Source: a virus. Taken from it: DNA of 64,000 bases. The notes under the pieces are model-generated. The model saw only the letters and a program-made list of their open reading frames with translations, did not search any database and was not told where the DNA came from. The stretch lies in the IMG/VR virus record IMGVR_UViG_3300044568_003939; one strand, written 5' to 3'. The translations under genes were made by a program, and so were the position numbers. This document shows positions 54,699-64,000 of this stretch, piece by piece (within the stretch, counting starts at the first letter, position 1; each line of letters starts with the position of its first letter).

Positions 54699-57600
54699 TG
54701 CCAATTACAACAGACAACAATATATACCGCGATGATTTTACGGCTTCGAATGTAGATGCAAAAAATTATTTGCGTATCTTGTTTAAAGCAGGATACAGTG
54801 TTCAGGTTCGTGAATTGAATCAGATGCAGAGCATACTGCAAAACCAAATCAATAAATTTGGTCTGAGCGTATGGAAGGATGGAGCTGCAGTTATTGGTGG
54901 CAGTTGTACATATGACCAAACCATTCAATACATTGATGCTACGGTTACTGGTACTAATGTATCAACCGCAATCCTTGCATCAACTAACATACTCCCTTTT
55001 AATGGATTAGCTGCAAGTATATTGGGTGTAAAAAGTTTAGGCGTAAGCGGTGCATACCGCATATTCTTAAGATACAATAATAGCGCAACCGGTGGTGTAG
55101 TTGCAGCATACTCTATCAGCAATGCTTTAAGCACAAACAATGCATTGAATGTTGCTGTGACAGCAACCGGTTATGCAGCTGGCATATTTCTTTCAAAAGG
55201 AGTATTCTTCACAAAAGGAAGTTTTGTTGCAACTGATGCACAAAGTGTTTTCTTTACGCTAGATACTAAAGATGCTAGTGTAAACGGTAAAGCTTACCTT
55301 TACGTAGCTGAAACATTTGTTGACTATACAACTGATGCATCATTAACAGACAATGCAAATGGTACTCCCAATTATAATGCTCCTGGCGCTGATCGTTATG
55401 CTGTAGATTTGACATTAACCTTTGAAGCGGACGGGAGTGCAGCCAACACATCAGATAAAATTTCTCTGTTGACAGTTGTTAATAGCGTACCTGCGGTAGC
55501 AATGCGCGATCGTTATAGCGATCTAGACCGTCAACTTGCACAACGCACATATGAAGAAAGCGGAAGTTATACACTCAATCCGTTTAGGGCTCACATTCGC
55601 GAATTGTATAACAATGGCAGCAACTATGGCCGTTATGTTAGCTCTGAATTGGATAAAGCTGGTTATAGTATTAGTGCAGGCGACTTGCCAGCTAGCATAG
55701 CTGACGCACAAACGCGCTACAGCTTGGGTATTGATCCGTCGGTTGCCTATGTGTATGGCTACCGCGTTGCACCACTCGACAAGAACGAATTGAATGCTCC
55801 CAAGGCACGCACACTTTCACCATTGACACCAGCCAATACATATGCGAATATTGGAAACTATGTGATTGGATCTTTTGAGTCTGGTTCATACTTGCCCATC
55901 ATCACAGAGATCAGTAGTACATACAGAGTTGGACTAACTAAAACATATGATGGATCACTCACAAGCACTGTCACGTCAATTTCGCTACCCAACACAACTG
56001 GCATAACAGTTGGTATGACTATGTATGGATCAACTTCTGGTCCGATGACAACCGGAGTTGTAATTACATCAGTTGGTGCAAATACTATTGGATTTACATC
56101 AACGGCTATTACAATTACTAACAATGAAGTATTAAATTTTGTAGCCGGAACAACCAAAATTAAAGCCGTTGAAGTTGAAGGCGCATCAACATATCGCTTG
56201 TATCTTTATGACACCATCATAACTGCAACTGGAGGATTTAATTTGACTGATATTACACGAGTATGGAATACTGGTAGCACAGCTGTTAAATTTACGGTTG
56301 CAACTGGAGGAGCACTCGCCTTTGCTAGCAATGATACTGCAGTATTCAAATTGCCGTTTGATGCAGTAAGTAGGCTGACTAATATCCAATACAACATCCT
56401 GCATACTAGCAGCCCGGTACCAAGCCCCAATACTAGTGTTACCCAAATTACAGTGGATTGCAGTGGTGGTCGTGTATTTTCGGATACTAGCCCAGGCGGT
56501 ATAATCTTTTTTGTTAATGGAGTTAGAAAAACAGATTTTACTACAAGCGAGCAGCCTGGACAAGTTTTAACATTAAGTTGGACTAGCGGGGCGTTGACCG
56601 GAGCAAACTATACTGTTATTGCACCTGTTACTGTTGGTATTCTTTCTGAGGGTGGCGCAGGCACAATAACAAAGACACTCACAGCAGATAATCAAACAAT
56701 GACTGCAACTAACGCGCAAACGGTATTTACTCTTTCTAAAGCAGAAGTATTTGCATTAACAAAAATAACTATTGGCACTGCCCCCGTATTTGTCCCACCT
56801 CTTACTGACTGGGTTATCAGTGATGATGGGCAACGTGATAATTACTTTACAAACGTTAAGGTTAAATATATTGGTAAGAAAAACTTAGACGGACTAAGTA
56901 TAAAATTCGAGTATACCTATTTCCTGCGGTCGTCATATACCACCGTGTGTGCTGCGGTCAACAGCTATTTACCAAATTCAACAAATCAAACACTAGGGTT
57001 AACATATTCAACCATACCATCATACAAAGGAGTACGCCTTGCTGATTGTATTGATTTCCGCCCCGTGATACTTACAGGTAGCACTGGTGTTGTAGATGTA
57101 TTAAATCCTTATAGTAGCATAAGTGCGGCTGCTCAATTTTATTTGCCTAGAATTGACAAAGTGTGTGTCGATTATAATGGAAACTTTGAAATTACACAAG
57201 GGAATGCGGAATTGAATCCGCGTGTTCCTGAGACACCGCCCAAGTCGATGGCTCTATATACATTAGCGGTTCCAGCATATACACACAATGCTACTGATAT
57301 TGTTTCAACATATATTGATAACCGCCGCTATACTATGCGAGACATTGGCGGATTGGAAAGCCGCATTAAGAATATCGAATACTACACTACACTATCATTG
57401 CTTGAAAAATCAGCAAATGATAAGCCAATTTTTGATAGCACTGGCAGCCGCTTTAAGAATGGTATATTGGTAGATTCATTCTACAATAACAATACTGCAA
57501 ACATTGGCAGTGAAGCTTACGCGGCCTCAATTGACATTACAAAAGGTATACTATACCCACAGTATTCTTCTCGTCGCTTTGACTTCAAAAAAGTTGACAA

Positions 57601-60007
57601 CACACTATCTTCAATTAAGATTAACAGCAATACTGCTACTTTAGCATATTCCGAAACTCCACTAATCTCTCAATCATATGCTACTGAATATGAAAGTGTA
57701 AATCCATATGATCTTGCATCCTTTGTTGGTAATGTTACACTAACACCCGGTTCCGACGAATGGAAGGAAGTAACAAATACTACGGTGTATGCCGCGCTCA
57801 ATACTGCAAATTATGATACAGTAAAAGATACTGCAGTGTTGGGTACAATATGGAATGAATGGACTACAAATTGGACCGGTTCTACAGTCACACGGAGTGC
57901 TCCGCATGTGGTAAGTGCTCCTGACGGTGTGATGCGTCAAGCTGTTATAACTACTGAAACAGGTAGACAATCAAGAGTTGGATTGCAAACACAATTAAAC
58001 TTTACCGATATTACACAAAATAATGGTGAACGAGTAGTTGATGTTACTTTTATTCCATTTATTCGTTCGCGTAAAGTTTATTTTAGCGCAACTGGGCTTA
58101 AGCCAAATACAAAGGTATATCCATTCTTTGACGGCATTGATATAAGTGCATACTCAATGCAATTGGATAGCATCGTTGATTATAAAAATAGTGCTGAAGT
58201 AAAAACTTATAACGGTATCAGTCCAGCCAATACAGCGCTTTCAACAATTGGTATTGTCACTTCAGCGCTGATAACAAATGTTGCTGGTGAAATTAAAGGA
58301 GTGTTTCTTATTCCCAACAATGAAGTTTATAAGTTTAGGACTGGTTCACGCTCATTCCGTTTAGCTGATAGTTCGCGTAACCTACCTAGCGAAATCACGA
58401 CATATGCAGATTCAAATTATGCTGCAAATGGATTAACTCAAACGAACGAAACACTAATAACAAGTACTCGTATTCCTCAATTATCTCAAACAAGAGTTGA
58501 CCAATCGGGAGCTGTTAGTAGAGTTACTAAAGTACAGTATGTAGATCCACTTGCGCAAAGTTTCATGATTGGTGACATTGAAACTGGTGCTTTTGTTACA
58601 AGCCTTGACCTGTATTTCCAAAGCACCAGCGCTACTTTGCCAGTCACCGTTGAAATTGTCACAGTTGAAAATGGTACGCCTACACAAAAAGTAGTACCAT
58701 TCTCACAGGTATCGCTCAATCCTTATACAATTGACGGAAGCGGCGCATATACAACTACACGGGTTGTTCAAATCAGTCAAAATGGTAGCGCAGCTACACG
58801 ATTCACGTTTAGCGATCCTGTGTATCTAAAAGCTGGAGCTGAATATGCAATTGTTGTAAAATCAAATGATCCTGCATACCGCATATATGTTGCGCGCGTC
58901 GGTGGAACTGACCTTGCTACATCTCAAAAGATTACAAAGAATGTATATGCTGGTGTTATGTTTATGAGTCAAAATGCTAGTACATGGACTCCAGATCAAA
59001 CACGAGACTTTAAGTTTGTGCTTAATCGCGCAGCGTTTGTTGGTTCAGGTTCACTGCAATTTAAACCGACATTCTCTACTGGTGTTGAAAGTGTAACAAT
59101 TAGCGCGGGTGGTAGCGGCTTTACTCAAGCGGGAGCAAGCATGACTTTTGCTGCACCGTCAACTGTAAAACCGGGTGATATAGCTGCAACAGGTGTGCCA
59201 ACAGTTGATATATTAACAGGATCAATTGTCAGCGTAAGAGTGACCAACGCTGGCAACGGTTATGCATATAATGAAAGTCCGACGCTAACATTTGCTAACA
59301 CAGGTACAACACCCGTGGCTCCAACGGCAACAGCTAACCTACTGAATGTTCCAGTTACTACATTCAATTTAGCTCAAGAGAATATAACTGTTGAAGGCAC
59401 TGGTATAACCAACACACTTCGCCTTGATAATTTAACGCCAATCATAATTAGTCCTAATGAAAATTACGACTTAAAAACTGCTTTTTCGGTGGATCTTTCA
59501 ACTGCACCAAACACAAGTATGACAACGGTGCTGTCAACTAGAAGTGATTATGTAAGTCCAGTGATTGATTTGGACCGTGTATCATTGCTTACTGTTAAGA
59601 ATGAAATCAATGCATTGGCTGACAACGATACAACCGAAACGACAGCCGACAAAGGAGCTGCAACTTCTCGTTACGTAACAAAAACAGTAAATCTTAACAA
59701 TCCAGCTGATCAGTTAAATATTTACATCAATGCAAATCGCCCAACCGCAGCTGCAAAAATTACACTATATGCAAAATTAGCATATGATGGCGCAAGTGCA
59801 ACTCCGACAAGCTGGGTTAAGATATCACCAGTGAATGCAATTCCTGTGTCGAGCAACTCTGAAGAATACGCTGAAGCAGAATATACACTGTCAAGTCCAG
59901 CAAATGATTTTATTAGCTTTACCATTAAAATTGTGTTTTCATCGGACAACCTGTATGATGTTCCATCTATACGCGATTTCCGCGCTATTGCTACAACTGG
60001 TGTATGA
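54698..60007 (+). CDS. Large virion structural protein (DUF4815/VrlC-like)
   Basis: ILFK.G..VQ.RELNQ.QS, APGADR, RTYEESG, NRRYTMRDIG and DPLAQSF motifs. Confidence 0.85.
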   Translation: MPITTDNNIYRDDFTASNVDAKNYLRILFKAGYSVQVRELNQMQSILQNQINKFGLSVWKDGAAVIGGSCTYDQTIQYIDATVTGTNVSTAILASTNILPFNGLAASILGVKSLGVSGAYRIFLRYNNSATGGVVAAYSISNALSTNNALNVAVTATGYAAGIFLSKGVFFTKGSFVATDAQSVFFTLDTKDASVNGKAYLYVAETFVDYTTDASLTDNANGTPNYNAPGADRYAVDLTLTFEADGSAANTSDKISLLTVVNSVPAVAMRDRYSDLDRQLAQRTYEESGSYTLNPFRAHIRELYNNGSNYGRYVSSELDKAGYSISAGDLPASIADAQTRYSLGIDPSVAYVYGYRVAPLDKNELNAPKARTLSPLTPANTYANIGNYVIGSFESGSYLPIITEISSTYRVGLTKTYDGSLTSTVTSISLPNTTGITVGMTMYGSTSGPMTTGVVITSVGANTIGFTSTAITITNNEVLNFVAGTTKIKAVEVEGASTYRLYLYDTIITATGGFNLTDITRVWNTGSTAVKFTVATGGALAFASNDTAVFKLPFDAVSRLTNIQYNILHTSSPVPSPNTSVTQITVDCSGGRVFSDTSPGGIIFFVNGVRKTDFTTSEQPGQVLTLSWTSGALTGANYTVIAPVTVGILSEGGAGTITKTLTADNQTMTATNAQTVFTLSKAEVFALTKITIGTAPVFVPPLTDWVISDDGQRDNYFTNVKVKYIGKKNLDGLSIKFEYTYFLRSSYTTVCAAVNSYLPNSTNQTLGLTYSTIPSYKGVRLADCIDFRPVILTGSTGVVDVLNPYSSISAAAQFYLPRIDKVCVDYNGNFEITQGNAELNPRVPETPPKSMALYTLAVPAYTHNATDIVSTYIDNRRYTMRDIGGLESRIKNIEYYTTLSLLEKSANDKPIFDSTGSRFKNGILVDSFYNNNTANIGSEAYAASIDITKGILYPQYSSRRFDFKKVDNTLSSIKINSNTATLAYSETPLISQSYATEYESVNPYDLASFVGNVTLTPGSDEWKEVTNTTVYAALNTANYDTVKDTAVLGTIWNEWTTNWTGSTVTRSAPHVVSAPDGVMRQAVITTETGRQSRVGLQTQLNFTDITQNNGERVVDVTFIPFIRSRKVYFSATGLKPNTKVYPFFDGIDISAYSMQLDSIVDYKNSAEVKTYNGISPANTALSTIGIVTSALITNVAGEIKGVFLIPNNEVYKFRTGSRSFRLADSSRNLPSEITTYADSNYAANGLTQTNETLITSTRIPQLSQTRVDQSGAVSRVTKVQYVDPLAQSFMIGDIETGAFVTSLDLYFQSTSATLPVTVEIVTVENGTPTQKVVPFSQVSLNPYTIDGSGAYTTTRVVQISQNGSAATRFTFSDPVYLKAGAEYAIVVKSNDPAYRIYVARVGGTDLATSQKITKNVYAGVMFMSQNASTWTPDQTRDFKFVLNRAAFVGSGSLQFKPTFSTGVESVTISAGGSGFTQAGASMTFAAPSTVKPGDIAATGVPTVDILTGSIVSVRVTNAGNGYAYNESPTLTFANTGTTPVAPTATANLLNVPVTTFNLAQENITVEGTGITNTLRLDNLTPIIISPNENYDLKTAFSVDLSTAPNTSMTTVLSTRSDYVSPVIDLDRVSLLTVKNEINALADNDTTETTADKGAATSRYVTKTVNLNNPADQLNIYINANRPTAAAKITLYAKLAYDGASATPTSWVKISPVNAIPVSSNSEEYAEAEYTLSSPANDFISFTIKIVFSSDNLYDVPSIRDFRAIATTGV

Positions 60008-60231
60008 AGATAAAAGTAAAAGATAGTACGGCATTAGAGCGCGATGTAGGTAGCAATGCTATCATCAATGTTGATGGCTCTGCATATGCGGCTGTGCTTG
60101 CTAAGCGTAAAGCAACTGCTGAAGCACGAATTAAGGTAAATGCTCTTGAAGAAGAAGTATCACATCTTAAAGAATCACAACGCCAATTGCAAGAAACTGT
60201 AAATAAACTAATAAGTCTCCTAGATAAATAA
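60004..60231 (+). CDS. Small coiled-coil virion-associated protein
   Basis: L.RD..S.AIIN pattern typical downstream of DUF4815 genes. Confidence 0.7.
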   Translation: MKIKVKDSTALERDVGSNAIINVDGSAYAAVLAKRKATAEARIKVNALEEEVSHLKESQRQLQETVNKLISLLDK

Positions 60232-60236
60232 CAACA

Positions 60237-61604
60237 ATGGAATCTTCTGAATACAATCTATTTTCAAGCATCTCAACCAACGGTGTTACTGTTGCCGATA
60301 CATTCAACACGTGGCGCAAAAGCACAAATGGTATTATTCAAAAACTTACCGTTGAAGCTGGCAGTCCTACATGGGATACCTCTGGAAAATTAGTCATTGG
60401 TAGTATTGTAGCTGACACTGGTAGTGCTATAGTTGATGTAGGAGTAGCAAGCACTGGAAGCCGTGCCGCAATCTTAAATCTAGGGAGTGCTTCAAATGTT
60501 AATAGCGTTGTAATTAATCGTGCTAGCGGAACAAACGGAAGCTTTAGCGTTACAAATAATGGAACGGGATTGTTTAGCTTAAGCCAAGACGGTGCGGGTG
60601 CTATAAGCATATTGACAAGTGCAACCGAAAGAGTGCGAATATTGTCTGGCGGAAATGTTGGCATAGGCACCGCTACACCTGATTCATTGCTACATGTAAA
60701 TGGTGGTAATTTTAAAGTTAGCGGAACAATCACAAGCGGAGCAATTAGTAGCAGCGGCACCATTGGTGGAACTAATATCACTGCATCAGGATTTCTTAAT
60801 GCCGCTACACTTGGAATAGGAAACAGCAACACGGCATTTACTGTTAGTGCTCTTGGTGCTATTGTAGGAACGGCACTAAATGCTGGTGCTGGAGCAATTT
60901 CTACAACAGGTGCATTAAATGCTGGCACACTTAATGTTGGCACAGTACCGCAATTTACTGTTAGTGCTCTTGGTGCTATTGTAGGAACGGCACTAAATGC
61001 TGGTGCTGGAGCAATTGTTACAACCGGTGCAATATCAGGTGGTGGTTTAAAATCTACAAAAAATTCACAAACTGGATATGGTGATGCAGCTTTAATTAGT
61101 GAAAGTGCAAGCGGAGATGCTGGCATAACATTGCATTGTTTCGGAGCAAATGCGGTGTATCTCAAATGCGCACGAGACGCTATAAGCGGTTATGCAGCTG
61201 GCAGTTTACATATAATAACTCATGTTGGAACCACATCGTATGCTAATATTATAGTTAATCAACTTGATGCAAAAGGCGACATCGTTGCTTATAGTACATC
61301 CGACCGCAAGTATAAAGACAACATAGTAAACATTACAAATCCATTGGACAAAGTGTCTCGTATAAATGGTGTGTCCTTTGACTGGAATAACCAACAGTCT
61401 GCATTCTCTGGTCATGACATTGGTGTAATTGCTCAAGAAGTTGAAGCTGTATTGCCTGAGATTGTAGCTACGCGCGAAGATGGAAGTAAGGCTGTTAAGT
61501 ATGATAGGATTGTAGCACTTCTCATTGAATGCGTTAAAGAACTTAAGGTTAGCAACGAGCAGTTGCATGCTGAAGTAGACGCATTAAAACTTCTTGTTAA
61601 ATGA
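60237..61604 (+). CDS. Tail fibre with C-terminal peptidase S74 chaperone
   Basis: DTFNTWR N-terminus; SDRKYKDNI and GVIAQEVE motifs. Confidence 0.88.
   Translation: MESSEYNLFSSISTNGVTVADTFNTWRKSTNGIIQKLTVEAGSPTWDTSGKLVIGSIVADTGSAIVDVGVASTGSRAAILNLGSASNVNSVVINRASGTNGSFSVTNNGTGLFSLSQDGAGAISILTSATERVRILSGGNVGIGTATPDSLLHVNGGNFKVSGTITSGAISSSGTIGGTNITASGFLNAATLGIGNSNTAFTVSALGAIVGTALNAGAGAISTTGALNAGTLNVGTVPQFTVSALGAIVGTALNAGAGAIVTTGAISGGGLKSTKNSQTGYGDAALISESASGDAGITLHCFGANAVYLKCARDAISGYAAGSLHIITHVGTTSYANIIVNQLDAKGDIVAYSTSDRKYKDNIVNITNPLDKVSRINGVSFDWNNQQSAFSGHDIGVIAQEVEAVLPEIVATREDGSKAVKYDRIVALLIECVKELKVSNEQLHAEVDALKLLVK
60836..61016 (+). repeat. 64-bp identical direct repeat, 117-bp period
   Basis: 60836-60899 equals 60953-61016. 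Confidence 0.9.
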
Positions 61605-61616
61605 TACCTTTAATAT

Positions 61617-62171
61617 ATGTCAAAACTTCAATCATCGGGTTTAATATCTTTAGGCAACCTTGCCGACGAATATATAGTATCAAAATCTAATGTCAGCTTC
61701 AATGCATTTCATAAAGTAGCTCCTGGTACAAGCTTAGGACCAGTAAATGGTGTAGTTAAAAGTATAGCAAATAATGCTGCTGTTCCTGCAAGTGGGCAAA
61801 TACGGTTAAGTAATTTTTATGGGTCTGGCTGGTATTACAAAAGAGTTTATTTTCTGTTAACATCCGCAACGGTATTAAGTTCAACCGCTGGTACATATAA
61901 CAGTAACGGTACAATTAGAGTTTATGTTGATGGCTCAAGTTCTAATTATACCGTAAGCGTAACAGGCCGAGCTGGTCAAACATTATCTCAAAACGGATTT
62001 GACGGCTCAGTATACGCACAATTTGATGGATTGGCTGGAGATGTGGCATATACAATAACCGTAACAGATAATCTTTTCGGGACAACTTATACCTTTACCG
62101 CAAACATTTCAAAAGGCGGCACTAGCACCGTAACTGGCTATGCCACAACAACATGGCATAATGTCGGATAA
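61617..62171 (+). CDS. Tail fibre-associated protein
   Basis: LQSSG.ISL...VP.SGQI.LSNFYG N-terminal motif. Confidence 0.7.
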   Translation: MSKLQSSGLISLGNLADEYIVSKSNVSFNAFHKVAPGTSLGPVNGVVKSIANNAAVPASGQIRLSNFYGSGWYYKRVYFLLTSATVLSSTAGTYNSNGTIRVYVDGSSSNYTVSVTGRAGQTLSQNGFDGSVYAQFDGLAGDVAYTITVTDNLFGTTYTFTANISKGGTSTVTGYATTTWHNVG

Positions 62172-62183
62172 ATTAAAAAGAGT

Positions 62184-62900
62184 ATGAATACACCATTTTT
62201 AGAAATTTTCAAAAAAGATATATGTAATGGGCCTGTGTGTATTACTTATAAAGAACGAGAAGATGTTGTATATACTAAGTTTTTTTACAAAGTAGAAGAT
62301 GTAGATTTTTATGATACAACTAATGATGTTTTTCATCTTGTTTCACATATAGATAATAAAACAAAAACCATTAAAGGTTGTGATATTATCAAGTTTGAAT
62401 CGCTAAAAGAAGATGACACTTTTGATGTTAAAAAATATTTCTTAGATAAAGCAGAAAAAATAAAAGCAGATTATAAAGAAATATTAAATTTTGATTATTC
62501 CGATTCATTTAATAATTTTAATGATTACTTTTTTAATGAAAACGTAAGTTTAAATGATCTTAAGATGGTGTGTATGCTTGGCTTACCATCATTTGATAGT
62601 CTTGAAAGTGGCGGTGAAGATACCTTGATTAGAATAAAAGAAGTATGGAAAGCTCAAATTGAATTGCATAAAGTTGAAATTTTAAAATATCTTAAAAGTG
62701 AAATTGATTTGCCTGATTCTTCATATGATGCAGATACAGTTAAAGAAATTATGAATTTGATCACAGAATTTAATCCTTCATCAACATTAAATTCTATAAA
62801 GTCCAAAGAAGAATTGTTTGAATATTGGCCTAGTATACTATTACCTGCGCCAGATTTTATAAATGAAATACATACATTATATGCAACACGCAACATATAA
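62184..62900 (+). CDS. Hypothetical protein (AT-rich)
   Basis: 238-aa ORF. Confidence 0.7.
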   Translation: MNTPFLEIFKKDICNGPVCITYKEREDVVYTKFFYKVEDVDFYDTTNDVFHLVSHIDNKTKTIKGCDIIKFESLKEDDTFDVKKYFLDKAEKIKADYKEILNFDYSDSFNNFNDYFFNENVSLNDLKMVCMLGLPSFDSLESGGEDTLIRIKEVWKAQIELHKVEILKYLKSEIDLPDSSYDADTVKEIMNLITEFNPSSTLNSIKSKEELFEYWPSILLPAPDFINEIHTLYATRNI

Positions 62901-62924
62901 TGAAAATCTCATTTATTAATTTTC

Positions 62925-63632
62925 ATGTTAAAAAAAATATGTATCATAGGTAATGGTGTAGGTTCTATTAGAAAAGAAAACGGAAAATTTGTTGATTCAT
63001 GCGATGAAGTAGTAAGAATCAAAAATTTTGAAACACGAGGATTTGAAAAATATATTGGAAGTAAAACAACAATATATTCAAGTAAATGGTTTGCATGGTT
63101 TGATCGTAAGATTCGCAATAAGCCATTAAAATTTACTTTTTTAGATGAAGTTCATACATTAATGTTTATGTTTCCAAATGAATTCATTAAAGAAGATCCT
63201 AATAATAACTTTAATGCATACACTCTTTTATACAAACAGCTTCAGCTTAAAAATGAATTGCCTCCAATACCCAATAAAAATTGGAAAGGTCATATTGAAT
63301 GTTTAAATATGTTTGGTGTTGAAAAAAAGAAAGCTATACACTTTTCTTTAAATGATGTTGAACAATTATGCATAAACATATTAAAAATACATAATAAAAA
63401 CTATGTTCGATCTTTAAAAAAAATTATAGAGCCAACGTGCGGGATACGCACTGTTTTTAAAATTTTACAAATCTATCCAGATGCAGAAATATTTTTAACA
63501 GGATTTGATTGTTTTCAAAGCGGCTGGTATTGGGATCAAAGTCATAAAATCAAAGCTGTTCATTATTATTTAGACGAATTGCTTTATTTTGGCCAACTCA
63601 AAAAAATGGAAAATGTTACTTTTTTAGATTAA
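62925..63632 (+). CDS. GT29 sialyltransferase-like protein
   Basis: CIIGNG...G..VDS.DEVVR.....G...IGSKTT (sialylmotif L-like); PTCG...LTGFD; H...E. Confidence 0.7.
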   Translation: MLKKICIIGNGVGSIRKENGKFVDSCDEVVRIKNFETRGFEKYIGSKTTIYSSKWFAWFDRKIRNKPLKFTFLDEVHTLMFMFPNEFIKEDPNNNFNAYTLLYKQLQLKNELPPIPNKNWKGHIECLNMFGVEKKKAIHFSLNDVEQLCINILKIHNKNYVRSLKKIIEPTCGIRTVFKILQIYPDAEIFLTGFDCFQSGWYWDQSHKIKAVHYYLDELLYFGQLKKMENVTFLD

Positions 63633-64000
63633 TGCTAAGTACTATTTTAAACAAAAGCATTGCATTTTTGTGTGATGAATCTCTACCAAATTATTTAGAT
63701 AACCCTCAAAGATATGACTACTTAAAAGGTAAGCATAGCGCAACCGGTTACTATTATTGGATATTAAAAAATTTTGGTTTTCATAATGTATCGTTAGTAT
63801 CAGCTGATGATTGTTTAGATCATTATGATGCTGTGGTATTTCATTATGATAATCATGATTGCATAGACATCAACAAAAAGTATAAGACGCTTCAAATCGT
63901 TACCGACCGCCCACAATTACCAGGAGTTGACTTGTATGCAGCATGCAATTTGTCTTCATTCAAACCCATTCTGAATCTAGACATAATAAAAAGCACTGGA
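63632..64000 (+). CDS. Partial ORF running off the window
   Basis: ATG overlaps upstream TAA; open to the window end. Confidence 0.6.
   Translation, partial: MLSTILNKSIAFLCDESLPNYLDNPQRYDYLKGKHSATGYYYWILKNFGFHNVSLVSADDCLDHYDAVVFHYDNHDCIDINKKYKTLQIVTDRPQLPGVDLYAACNLSSFKPILNLDIIKSTG

Noticed and set aside
60338-61165. Long antisense ORFs (also 13032-13694, 37298-37804, 47119-47652)
   Set aside because: Shadow ORFs arising from codon bias of genes on the opposite strand; no promoter or motif support
1-64000. Stop-codon reassignment
   Set aside because: Core genes are full length in the standard code, and TAA, TGA and TAG are all used as stops

Overview
64 kb of a T4-like (myovirus) phage genome in standard genetic code. 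About 1-33 kb is an early/accessory region of roughly 90 small, mostly hypothetical genes driven by two families of repeated promoter cassettes. It also carries thyX, a metallophosphoesterase, a four-gene glycan-modification cluster, phoH, a DinG/XPD-like helicase, RNA ligase, DEDD exonuclease, ATP-dependent DNA ligase and a histidine phosphatase. 33-36.6 kb holds gp33, gp59, gp32 and a thioredoxin. 36.6-41.4 kb (minus strand) holds gp4, gp2, a gp54/tube-like gene, gp26, gp51, a tape-measure-like gene and PAAR. 41.4-62 kb holds baseplate and tail genes (gp48, gp53, hub, split gp5, gp25, gp6, gp7, gp8, DUF4815-like protein, S74 tail fibre) with T4 late promoters (TATAAATA). An AT-rich glycosyltransferase module begins at about 62.2 kb. 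No tRNA, CRISPR array, integrase or reverse transcriptase was seen. Top leads: (1) a perfect U-UUU-UUC -1 slippery site that would fuse gp26 to the gp51-like ORF just upstream of the tape measure gene, as in lambda gpG/gpGT; (2) a promoter-anchored gene-cassette system, with an 89-bp unit encoding a shared C-terminal peptide plus the next promoter and a GGAAC-N5-TATAAT promoter class; (3) an ORF-less promoter-terminator unit after phoH; (4) a module-shuffled island at 24.2-26.7 kb; (5) a genetically split gp5 carrying a CHAP-type hydrolase. All family assignments come from motif recognition and synteny; no database search was run.
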